A stretch of 63,983 nt of DNA, counting the filler, from Ionaspis alba (lineage: Eukaryota): NCBI GenBank assembly GCA_964255285.1. It is 3 parts of 3 records of this genome, joined end to end, with 100 filler letters (N's around TTAATTAATTAA, not from the genome) between each part and the next. Parts side by side here need not be neighbours in the genome. Positions count along the whole stretch, not along the records: positions 43,861 to 63,983 come from CAXUUL010000250.1; 2 more parts are not named here. One strand, 5' to 3'. This document shows, piece after piece, positions 47,737 through 59,764 of this stretch. Positions within the stretch are counted from its first letter, which is position 1. Every line of letters begins with the position of its first letter. The notes beneath the pieces were generated by a model. The model did no database searches. It was not told the DNA's origin and worked only from the letters and a program-made list of their open reading frames with translations. The position numbers were made by a program, and so were the translations under genes.

Positions 47737-48701
47737 TGTGAAAAGATTGGTGAAAAAAGGTTGATACGAGAAATGTATAATGTCAAGGGAGAATGGAGTT
47801 GTAGACAAGGGAAATGTAGAAGGGCTGACACGGAAAATTTAATCATCGGTAATGGTGGGGTTAATGCGAGAAGTGGTGACTTCATCATGGAGTCGAGGAG
47901 AAAGCATAAGGTAGGTATGTGTAACGGAAATGGAAGTGATATGATTGGTCTAAAACCCGCTAGTCAATGACGTCGCTTACTCGATGATGGGCAATTGTGA
48001 ATTGCCATCTTTCACGCCACATTAGGTGGGTAAAATAAGTGCATTGGAAATAATTGTGCTCTGGAATAACTAAGAGACTTAGCACCAATGCACATATTAT
48101 GGTGATAGAAAGGCATGACAACTTCGTACTTGAGATCCGACAATACATACGTCCAGTCACTCCCGCAGCCTTTCTCCACCAGACCAACAACCCTGCTACG
48201 GGGGGGACGGGCGGCTCCTAGACAGTCAAATAAGTTGTTTCTGAGTGATCAAGGACACAGTTTACAGTGTGCCTGAAGCATTGATAGTAATCCAGCAGTG
48301 GTCACAGTGTGGCGAAATAGAGACCGCGACGTATCGGCAGTATCCTAACCCGCGGGCTGTGCTAACACGGCCAACAAGCATCCGCTTGGCCGAGACCTAG
48401 TTCCATGGAATATTCGAGACAAACTGATGGTGAATTCCTATACGAGCAAGTAGCGAGCAGGATGGTTCCCAGATGCATATTTCAACAACATGTATTGCGG
48501 GGTGAGCTGGAACATTGGATTTTGGTAAACACGGTTGTGCAAGTGGAGGTGTGGACAACTAGATTGGCTCGGCCGTGTATCTTCCTCCTCGTCCACGTTT
48601 GAGACCATTCTCTCAGAACCTCGAACCAGTACTGCAAGGTGGTCCTCGAGAGAGAGGCAACCAGAAATTAGGCCACGTTGCTCTCCGAAGCTGGATGTAG
48701 C

Positions 48702-49241
48702 CTACTCCGTGCCTAGAAGGGCAAGCGCACTTTCAAATGCCTTGACGACTTTCACATCTTGAGAAGGTCAGTCATCTTGCAACGCGATTAGTGAGGTCGT
48801 TGCAGGACACGGACAGTGATGCTTTTTCTCTTCGAGACGATTTTCAGCTCCACGCACATAAGTCATCCTAGTTTTGAGCCTGTATGTATTCAGCGGTTTG
48901 TTGGGGGCCATGGCGAGACCTTGTACAATGACCTTTTGGACGATCGGTCAGCCTCATGAGCTGCACTTGCTGTGGCCCAAGTATCAAAGATCTGCATCTG
49001 ATGAGTAAATGCTCCAAAATCGAGTGCTTGGGTTGCTGACCTTGATCCAACCATTGAAATCTTCAAGTAGACTTTCCTCAGCTGAAGCACATTCTTTCAT
49101 GCTCTGCTCGTATCTCTGGTCGAGATTGGCCCAATCAAAGCTTTGAACAGGCTTGTTCGGGTCCATGGTACTAGAGCGAACGAGATTCTCAGAAGACCTT
49201 GAATGGTCGTTTGTTCCATCTTGCACGTTATCCGCGGCCAT
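48702..49241 (-). CDS. Small conserved fungal coiled-coil hypothetical protein, 4 exons
   Basis: Spliceable exons give ...FDWANLDQRYEQSM...FNGWIK | IFDTWA...HEADRSSKR | LKTRMTYVRGAENRLEEKKHH | VKVVKAFESALALLGTE*. Confidence 0.7.
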
Positions 49242-49612
49242 GACTAATTTCCGCAATCAAGAGGAGGTCTCTTTGGTTCTATTTAGCGCTAAAGACCCTG
49301 GTTGTGACACATTCTCCGGCCTGATGTTCGTGTTATTCACAACAAATACGTAATATTAGATTCCTTTCAGGCATGCTACACAGCCCGAGAAATTCTTTGT
49401 GTGGTGGATTGAGCGATGAATTATATTGAGATTCGCCAGTGTCCACTTTGACCGATCGGCTCGCTTGACCCGTCCTGAAGCGCGTTTGCCGTCCATGGCC
49501 CGTTAGCGCTGTTTTAGGACCTTATTGCCCGAACCTTGTTGCCCAGACCTGGACAACCACAGAAGTCATTGAAGTGTTATAGCTCTACCGATTCATAAAG
49601 AAAACATCTGGC

Positions 49613-50625
49613 ATGGATGATACACCAGGCGACGTTGACCAGGCCTTACTAGCACGGCTCAACGCGTTGGCAAAATCAAATGTTACATACTCGAAACCAC
49701 CGCTGGTGTCAGTAAAGAATCAGTTCCAAAAAAAGGGAAAGACGAGAGGGAAGCTGAGTTTTCTCTTAGATCTCAAGATACTTCCGTCAATGATATAGGT
49801 TTGAGATTTCAGAACCTGAGCGCTGGTAGGAAAAAATTGCCTCTAAATATTGATGAATCCGTGGAATATCAGTCAGAACACGGGGATAACGACGAGTTGG
49901 AGCAATTGCTCGCTGAATTAGAATCTGAGAAGGAATGGGTCAAAGAGTCAGCGAAACTTGACCCCCTCGAATCTCTGCTTCGTGAAGCTAGGGCTACTCT
50001 CGACAAGGATGCTAAAGGGCCCGTAGATGATATGGAGCTGAAAACATTAGGATCACGCACCGATGACAAACAGCAGCAGCCGGCCATCATGAGTTCTACA
50101 TCGGACCAAGATGTCCAACCGGATCTCGCATTGACCGAAGATGAAGAAGCTGCGGCTTATCTACAGCAGATCCTTGAACAAGTAGAACTCGAAAAGCGCC
50201 AAGATGATACAAGTAGAGGTGGAACTCCTGTTTCCGTGAGCGAAATCAAGTCAGTTAACACAAGCAACGCTACGAATGTTGCGTCCTGTGCCTCTTCCGA
50301 TATGCCTTCAGCACCCACAACAATCCCAACCTCGGATCAAAATGATTCTACATCAGCTCTCCCTTGGCTTGATCTCCCAGATGTTCCAAGTACCCCCCCA
50401 ACTCGATTTTCAGCTTCTAATGCTACCAAAACCCAGGACCAGCAATTTACGGACACGGAAATCGACTCTTGGTGCATTATCTGCACCGATAACGCCACCG
50501 TCAGATGTTTCGGATGCCAAGGGGATCTGTATTGCGCTAAATGCTGGCGGGAAGGCCACGTTGGCCCTGACGCTGGACTGGAGGAGAAGCAACATCAATG
50601 GAGTAAATACCGCAGGCCAAAGTGA
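49613..50625 (+). CDS. ZFYVE19/ANCHR-like protein with a C-terminal B-box-type zinc finger; intron 49708-49769
   Basis: N-terminal LLARLNAL and an acidic middle region. C-terminal WCIICTDNATVRCFGCQGDLYCAKCWREGH. Confidence 0.75.
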
Positions 50626-50854
50626 ATAGTCTTGGACCGAGCCACATAATATCTTCCTTATACTAGGGTCCTTGTTTGACAACGAGAAGTACAGATGCTG
50701 AACTAGCCCTACAATTTTGTGTTAATTAGAAACATAACCAGCTTGTTCCAACAAACCAGACCGCAACACCGAAACAGAAATGCGATCACTCCTAAGAGAC
50801 CAGACCAGCTGCCGACCCAATTCTGCGATTGCCTCTGAACTGTCAATTTGGTGC

Positions 50855-52736
50855 TCAGTGCTCCTCGTCTCCACACGGTGCGACCGAAGGTTTGCTCGCT
50901 CTTCCTGTTATGTCCTGCCATGTGGCACCAAATCTTCTGCCAGTACTGGCCAGAAGCCCTTCCTCCTCGTCCTCTTCCGCATCCTGGTCCATGTACTCGT
51001 TCATTTTGGGTGTGCGGAATAACGAAGTAACAAAGAGTATGAGGAAGACAGCTTTCGAAAATTAGCTGACGGAGTAAAAAGATTTGATCATGGATATGGA
51101 TGCCTACCAAGGAATCCAAATTGAGCCCAGAAATCGACCACGCCAAAGAATGAATAATTGACCGTAATGCGATCGATAAAGGTACTGACAACACTCGGGG
51201 TACAAGTGTTCTTTGCGGCAGGATTGTCTGTTACCTCTGAGCAAGGGCGAATATGATTCGGATGATCAGAACAATCAGGCTTTTCACCAGGATGTCGAAG
51301 TGGGTGATCACAAAAAGTTTGAGGTCCATAGTGAGAGTATTGAGGCGCTACCATCATTGCCATGGAATAATTGATTGCCAATGCCATGAGGGTCAGCATG
51401 ACTGTTGCCATCAAGAGTGCTTGGGGTGAAGTGTGACCCTTTCGAATCTGGAAAATCTTCAACCAGAGGAATCGGATACCAATGCTAGCAATCCCAACGA
51501 TCGAGCTTGCGAAGAAGAGTAGTACGAGGAGGAGAAAGAGAACGTAATCGATGGGGAAGATTTTGGCAGATTTGACGAAAATCCAGTTGATAGGATTGAA
51601 TATCTGAATGTGGGCAAGGACATAGCCGCAATGTCGTTTGCAGATCGAGTTCTTTGCTTTGTCAATGCCAGTCAAGAGCATTGAAACCCAGATGAACAGC
51701 GTGACCAGCATCAGCAGTAAGCCACCGATCAGCTTTATGGGACGGAATACGGCCTCTATTTTCATCCACGTCTTCATCAAGAACGACTGATTCTCACCAC
51801 TAGCTTCTGCAGCCAAACGTTCACGGCGAACAAGGGTCCTCTCTTCTCGAACTAGTGCATCAAGCTCCCGGCGATCTTTAGGAGGTAAGCCAGTCTCACT
51901 CCCAGTGTTTCGACCTTCTAGTTGACGTTGCCTCTCGCGGTTTCGTTCTAGCTCGGAGGCAGTGGTAGCGGTCAACGTTGGCGCTGACATGGCAGGAGCT
52001 GATTTGATCATTGCGATAGGGAGGAGAGCTAGACCGGCAGAAGTGTACAGGACGTAAATCAGCGTTCCAATGGTCATGAGGAGTCCGAGGGTAAACGTTA
52101 AGGCTCGTTCGGGACCTGCAATGGTATGTCATTAGATATAAAAGCACATGTGAACGGGGGTACTTTGGGACATCACATACGACCTTCGGCCAGGAGATTC
52201 TTGAAGAAGTCCAGATCATAATGACCGCCACGCCGATCCTTGGCTATTGGAACGAAGAATCCAACTAGGAACAAAATGACAACCAAAGCTATGAAGGCAA
52301 TGGTGTATTTAAATGCTCCCCAGAATCGCTGTCCAAAGGTCTGAGAGCCTTCTTCCGTGGCGACCTCATCGTATTCCTCGTACCAGAAATAGGTGAATGG
52401 AACAACCAGGAGACAGAGCAGAGCATCGAGCGAGAAAAGTGTGTAGTAGACGATCTTGAGAGTCAAGAGAATCTCGTCAACTTTTTGCTGATTCGCCCAA
52501 TCTTTACGCCGACCTAGTTGAGAGGACGTCGTAGAAGAAACTAGAGCTACATCGACCGGAAGGAGGAGCACAGTTGCCAGCAGAGCAGTCAGCGTAAATA
52601 TGCAAACTGCTGTAACAATGGCAGACCTCTCGCGAGGAGACTGATAGACGTAGACAAAAATCGAAGCGATCAATGCTAAGAGCGCGATCACAACGCCGTA
52701 CACGACCCATATGAGGGCGATTTGGATCAACGCCAT
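50855..52736 (-). CDS. LMBR1-family membrane protein, probable lysosomal cobalamin transporter (LMBRD1-like), 3 exons
   Basis: Multiple TM helices. Motifs [43 protein letters not shown] and [12 protein letters not shown]. Acidic C-terminus with [10 protein letters not shown]. Confidence 0.9.
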
Positions 52737-52973
52737 TGCGTTGGTGTAGCGTACAGCTCTGACTAGATGTCGGCTCGTCAAGTGTTTTGAATGAGTTGCA
52801 AAGTGATGGTGCAGATCCGTCGGGTCTTAAACTATATTTTGTATTTGAACAATGAGGTAATTGGACACGCCCCGCGTCTGATTGATTCGAGAATCAGGCT
52901 TTCGAGCAGCACACTTTGTGAAGTAATAGATAAAAAAATATGAGCACTTCTTCTCACTTGGTCCAAAAAATCA

Positions 52974-53059
52974 TCCTCCGTGGCGCAATTGGCTAGCGCG
53001 TCCGGCTGTTAATTCACAGTTTCACCGGGAGGTTCGAAGTTCAAGCCTTCGCGGGGGAG
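52974..53059 (+). tRNA. tRNA-Asn (GTT) with a ~12-nt intron (53012-53023)
   Basis: Acceptor stem TCCTCCG/CGGGGGA, D arm TGGCGCAATTGGCTAGCGC, anticodon arm TCCGG-CTGTTA, T loop GTTCAAG, and a downstream oligo-T Pol III terminator. Confidence 0.93.
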
Positions 53060-53521
53060 ATTAAACCTTTTTTATTTTTTACTTTTCCATGCATTATTTC
53101 TGAATTTGCATCGTGAATCTCCTTTTCGACATAGGCCTCTTACAAGGTGGCCTCTAGGTAAGCTGGCACGGGTTTGACAAAAAATCGGCACACCAAGCGA
53201 ATTATTTTACTGGGTGACCCGGAGGCCCTTGGAATTTTAGCTTCACATTTGGCTGGCATTTAGATCTTCAAACTCTTAACTGCCTTGAAATTTTTGAGCA
53301 ACATATATATCCTCCTGTGTACACCACTTTTTTTGTCGAATGGGTGGCTGGACGATAGGTATCGACAAAGGCTGAATGGAATGCGTACATCGCGTCTATG
53401 AACGCCAAGACTCTACGCGTTTATCTACGTTGATTTGAAGCTATTCATCTTCAAGTCAAACACTGTTGAAGTGGTTGTCCCTGCCAGGTAAGACTATGCC
53501 GTAAGGGTCTCTACCATAATT

Positions 53522-56500
53522 ATGCAGTGCTACACACAGCTCACTCTACCGACGGCGGTCACCCATTCACTTTCGCTTCCCTTTCTTGCAGCAGCTGCAA
53601 ACAACCTCATCGTCGCGAAGACCTCTCTACTTCAGGTATTCGCCCTCAAGTCTGTACTCGAAGAAATCAAAGTTGATGGCACAAACGGACTTGCTGCTTC
53701 GCGGCAGCGGGGAGAAAGAACACAAACCACGAAACTCGTGCTCATCTCTGAGTACGAGATACCTGGTACAATCACAGCCCTTGCTCGGATCAAACTTCTC
53801 AAGTCAAGGTCAGGTGGTGATGCTGTTTTGGTGGCCTCGAGAGACGCAAAAATAAGTTTGATAGAGTGGGATCCCGAACAGCACACCATCTCCACCATCT
53901 CGATCCACTATTATGAGCGGGAGGATTTACAATGCTCTCCCTGGGATCTCGGTGCAGGAAATTTGCCTACCTATCTTACGGTTGATCCAGGCAATAGATG
54001 TGCCGCTTTGAAGTTTGGTGCTCGCCATATCGCCATACTTCCATTTCATCAGGCTGGAGATGAACTTGTCGCTGATGAGGATGATCATCATGTCAATGGA
54101 ACCGGGTCCAGTCGACATGGCTCGATAGTCAAGATCACGAATGGGGACTCGACAACGCTGCCTTTGCCATACGCACCTTCATTTGTTCTCTCACTTCTGG
54201 CGCTGGACCCTGTTCTTGCACATCCCATCCATCTAGCATTCTTGCATGGATATCGCGAGCCAACATTTGGAATTTTATCATCGCAAGCCGCTGTCTCTTC
54301 AGCCCTGCTCCACGAAAGGCGAGATATGCTCTCGTACATCGTCTACACGTTAGACCTTGAGCAACGTGCCTCTACCGCACTGCTTTCCATCACTCATCTC
54401 CCTTACGATCTACATAAGATCTTACCCCTTCCAGCCCCAATTGGAGGTGCACTCCTCTTGGGCGCCAATGAGATCATACATGTTGACCAATCTGGGAAGA
54501 CCAATGGTGTCACTGTCAACGAGTTCGCGAAAAGATGTACTACCTTCCCGCTGTCGTCCCAGGCTGAGCTGGGTTTGAGGCTTGAGGGATGCTCTATCGA
54601 GCAGCTCGGTAACCAGAGCGGTGATATGTTGATAATACTCAATACCGGGGATTTTGCATTACTGCGCTTCCACATTGACGGCAGATCTGTGTCGGGCTTG
54701 TCGGTAAAGCGAATTTCTCAGCCAAGCAACTCTCAAGTCATGTACACTGCCGCGTCTTGTGTCTGTACTCTTGGTCGTGGCAGACTATTTATTGGTAGTG
54801 AGGAAAGTGACTCGGTCGTTGTTGGATGGACTTTGAAGTCGTCGAAGCATCGGAAACGCCAGGAGTTTGCGGCTGGAGAGCGAGATCAGCTTGACAACGA
54901 GACCGATGCGGACGATATGGAGGAAGAGGAGGAAGATGACCTTTACTCTTCCGAGCAGAAGGAAGAATATTCGCAGGCTACGAGCAATACCGAGGAGGAC
55001 TTGGACTATTACGTGTTTCGAATCCATGACTTGTTGACTAATCTTGCACCTTTGCATGATCTCAGAATCTCTGTTGCCAACAATCCGGAGGGACGTCCGG
55101 GTTTTCCTCTTTCACAGACGGAGCTCTTGGTCACAAATGGCGGTAACCGAAGTGGGGCATTGACGAGGATTAGTTCTAGAATCAACACAAGGTCCAAGAA
55201 AAGGTACGATCTTTCCCTTGTGCGCAGAGTGTGGTCAACCTCTATGAAGAAGGCAAATGCGCCCAAAAACGGTGCTGCAACCCAGGGGAAATATATGACA
55301 ACGGTCATAACTTCAAATGTGAATGATGGTGGCGAAGACGAATCCCGCGCATACACTCTGGCTGGTGGAGAGTTCCAGGAGATCCAAGACAGCGATTTCG
55401 ATCCTAGCGCTGGCGGAACGGTCGAAGTTGGAACTCTTAACGATGGTGGGAGGATTGTGCAGGTCCTCAAGAATGAGATTCGTGGATACGATAGTGGTAA
55501 GTTTGAGCCTTTCTATTCATATATACCCTTCTTAGCCTGGATGTCCCAAATTAGGGGATTGCGGAGGACCAAGAGACTGGGACCATGCAGTATGAAATAT
55601 TATCGTGCTGGTTCATCCGGTGTGGCCGTGTCTGACCCTTTCCGGCTCAGACTGCGATTAGAAGAAGTAATGGCAGTGTATGTTCTGCTCCGTGAGATGA
55701 GCTTGTTTTATAGTATCAATATAAATCTTGGTTCAACCATCCATGCTATCGATATGTTTCGTGTGAACGAATACCCAGCCAAGTGCGAAGACTGACCTTA
55801 CGCTAGACTTCGGTCTTGCACAGATCTTTCCATTGTTAGATGATCCATCTCCAAATGATCCAGACATTGTTTGCGTCAGCTTCGCTGAGCCTTATATCTT
55901 CATCCTTCGAGAAGATTCGGGAATGATGATTCTCAAAGCTGACGAGTCTGGGGATCTCGAAGAATTCGAGAAGTCCGACCTGTTATCAGCCGGGGAATGG
56001 GCATCAGGCTCCTTGTTCGACGACTCAAACGATCTCTTTTGTCTTGAATCAGACTTAGACGACGAAGCAGAAGATGAGAATGTTCTGCTGTTCCTTTTAA
56101 ACGCCCAAGGCGGACTGCAGGTGAGTACACATGAAGCAATAGAGGAGTTACCAACTCAAGTTGAACTGCGATAGATCTTCCGGCTGTCCGATCTGTCTAA
56201 GCCTGCCTATATAGCTAATGGCTTGAGTTTCCTTCCACCATTCCTCTCTAGTGACTTCACAGTACGACGCTCTACGGCAAGAGACATCATTGTTGAGATA
56301 CTCGTGGCTGAGATCGGAGAGAGTACATTCAAGTCCCCCTACCTCATTGTAGGATCCTCCAATGGCTTTGATATTCGCAGCTGATGATACCAAGCTTCGT
56401 TCTGCCAGTGATACTTTGACGATTTATCAACCATATCAGGTTCCCTCTCATGACACTTTTCGTGGGGAGCTGAGGTTCTTGAAAATCTCAAGTCCCGCGC

Positions 56501-58246
56501 CCGCTAATTCGATGGCTACCAACGGACAAACGCGGCTTCAATCACTACGGCTTTTGAGTGATGTGGACGGCTACAGTGCTGTCCTCGTTACCGGGCTGTC
56601 TCCATACATCATCCTCAAACCGGCCGCGAGTCAACCGCATATCATTGAGCTTTGCGAGGCTGGGGTTAGGTCTATTAGCGGATTCCATACCGATGACTGC
56701 AGTAACGGCTTCATATGGAGTGACGAAGAGGTATTTCCTTCCAGGTATCGAAATCTGTTAGTGCTAATTCTAGTAGGGTACCGTCTATTCTGCAAACCTT
56801 CCATTAAATAGCAGATACGAGACTGGTTGGGTTGTTCAGTGTCTATTCTCTGGATATGAAGTAGTAGCTTTCGATTACCATGAGCCTATGGACCGATATG
56901 TCGTTGGCACAGGAGAGAAAAAGTCCTACAAGCTGGCTGAAGATGAGCTGCATCCTGAATGGAGCAATGAAGGTATGAATTGGTCAAGCGCCTTCGGAAT
57001 CAAACTGATTGTCATAGCTGCTGAACTGTTACCACAATTGGAGCGAGGCAAAGTCATGCTCATCGATCCTTCGACGTGGACAGTGACCGACATGTAAGTG
57101 TCTCCAATATCAAGCAGGAAGCTACTAACGCGTCCAGTGTCCTACTTGATCAAGCCGAGGTTGTCACTTGCATCAAAACAATGCTCCTTGAGACTTCCGA
57201 GCATAGTCAAGCACGTCGTCCACTCGTCGTCGTTGGAACAAGTCTCATTAGAGGCGACGATCTTGCCACACATGGCCGACTATATGTCTTCGACATTATT
57301 GAGGTTGTACCTGAACCTGATCGTCCAGAGACAGGACGTAAATTTAAGCTCATCGCAAAAGAAGAGGTCAAGGGTGCGGTGACGGCAATTGATGAGATTG
57401 GTACAGAGGGTTTCTTGCTTGTGGCCCAAGGACAGAAATGCATGGTCCGAGGTCTGAAGGAGGACGGAACACTCTTGCCTGTTGCTTTCATGGACATGCA
57501 GTGCTATGTTACAGTGGCAAAAGAGTTGAGAGCAACCGGACTTTGTGTTATGGGCGATGCCATCAAAGGGGTCTGGTTTGTTGGATATACCGTGAGTCTT
57601 GACCCGGCTGAGGTTGCCGTTCTAATATGTTCCAAGGAGGATCCTTATCAGTTGAAGCTCTTTGGTAAGAGTTCAGAGAACATCGAAGTCGTGGCTGCAG
57701 AGTTCCTCCCGGACGCCAAACAGCTTTACATCGTTGCCATTGACGCCGACGGCTGCTTGCATGTATTACAGTTCGAGCCAAGTAGTGAGTGAGACTCCTA
57801 ATATAGTGATTTGGCTTACGTCAATAGACCCCAAATCACTCGCCGGCCAACGACTTCTACCTCTAAGCTCTTTTAATACTGGATCGTATCCTTCCATCAT
57901 GAAGCTATTGCCCACGGATTCAGGCGCACCGGATGGCCGAATATTGATCGCTTCAAAGAATGGGTCTCTCTCGCTTCTTTCGACTGTCGAACATTCTGCT
58001 TATCGTGCCCTTACCGCACTACAAAGTTACCTGACAAGCACACTTTCTCATCCTTTGGGCTTGAACCCTAGGCTGTATCGAAGTGTTGAGGCAGATATCT
58101 CTGTCGGTGGTCGCGCAGTACTCGACGGCAATATTTTAAAGACATGGAATGAGCTTGGGAGCTGGAAACAGGCTGAGGCGATCGACAGGACCGGGCTATC
58201 TGCATGGGAGTTGAGAGAGCTACTGAGTAAGACTTGTGTTTTGTAA
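53522..58246 (+). CDS. CFT1: Cleavage and polyadenylation factor Cft1 / CPSF160, multi-exon
   Basis: Starts MQCYTQL..PTAVTH. Motifs [69 protein letters not shown] and GLNPRLYR. Confidence 0.95.
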
Positions 58247-58442
58247 GTAGGAATGTAGTTGTGATTCTATCTAGACTATCATTAGGTGTGCCAAAAGTAA
58301 GTGTAGTGTCGAGAGGTGGAGCGTAAAATAAGGTTTTACCGCNNNNNNNNNNNNNNNNNNNNNNNNNNNNNNNNNNNNNNNNNNNNNNNNNNNNNNNNNN
58401 NNNNNNNNNNNNNNNNNNNNNNNNNNNNNNNNNNNNNNNNNN

Positions 58443-59163
58443 AACTTGATGATCTTCTTGATGCCCATGTCAAGCGCTCGCGGACTGAGAACGTCCTCGT
58501 CGTCAGCAAGACTTCCTCTCTCCAGAGGACCCTTCCTCGACCCTTCAAGCTCCCAGAGCTTCCCACCGCTCTTTACAAAACTCACAAAATGCCCACCGTT
58601 ACGCTCACTCGTCGGATCCGCATAGCTATCGCCGGCCTGCTCGACCGACTTGTGAGCAAGTTCGAATGGCTCGCTGTTGTACAGCATTTCGGCGCGCTTA
58701 GTCATATCCAGCGGTATGGCAAGGCTTCGTATCGCCGCGAGATCGGAATCACGCTTGATAAATTCGACGGCCGGACCGTTAATCAAGCTATGGAGCAGAC
58801 CGATCGAGCCGCAGGCGTGGCCGATGGTCTGCTTGAACCAAATGACCGGCTCGTCAGGGCCGGAGCCAGTGTAGGGTTCTTTGTTAGCGTCTTCGGCCTC
58901 GCGACTTCGATCCCAAGCTGGTGTAAGTGGAATAATGACCAGCAGAGCCAGGGCAGGTCGAGGGATATGTGCGAGTTGTTCGGGTTCATCAAAGGAATAG
59001 ACGTCGTAGAATTGGAGCTCGGACGATAGACCCAATTTCGTTGCCAATTGATTCATTACATCGGGGTTGTTCTCTGCCATCTGCGATGAGTTTCTACTCA
59101 AAGACAAGTGATCCATAAGGGCTTAGGTCCCTTACCAAGCATTACCCATATCTTCTTTTCCAT
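58443..59163 (-). CDS. Ubiquitin C-terminal hydrolase (UCH-L3/Yuh1 family, peptidase C12); 3' end lies in a gap
   Basis: Exon 1 MEKKIWVML, then ENNPDVMN, FYDVYS, WFKQTIGHACGSIGLLH, HFVSFV and LWELEGSRKGP. Confidence 0.9.
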
Positions 59164-59764
59164 TTTGGGGAATCAATAGATGGAGGACGTCAAAAAATCA
59201 GAAATGTTGGCAGAAAGGAGATGATGTAGACATTGCAGAATCTGATTCCTAGAGCTATCAGAAAATAGGAGCCCACAGTAGCTGTGAGATGATCAAAGAC
59301 TACCATTATTGCGGGAAACTGGATGTTGTGATACAAGTGGAGAGTCGTACTGTAACCTTCGGGGAATACAGCCCCCGGGGCCAACTGGGCCAAAAGCACA
59401 CTATAGTTATCCTTGACAGGAACCGTGTACGGTTTAGAGGGTGTACCACGGAAGATATGATAGGCCATCCGATCGATTGACTAAGCCGCTAATTCATCGT
59501 TGCTGGGCAACCGCTCTCGGCTTCCTGCCCAATCAGGAAACGCGACAGCACTTGATCTTCGATAAACCACAAACACTTCAGAGACATATTCATACACCGG
59601 CTTACATTCATCAAGTCAAGGCGATAACGTCTACAGCAATCTCTGCGCTTGCAGTGGCCTGAATTGTTACCCTCGTGAAGTGATAAATGCTGTTCAGATA
59701 CAAGGGCTTTGCGACGGCGGTCGCGAGATTCGAACCTCTAAACCAATCTTAACAAGCTACGAGA

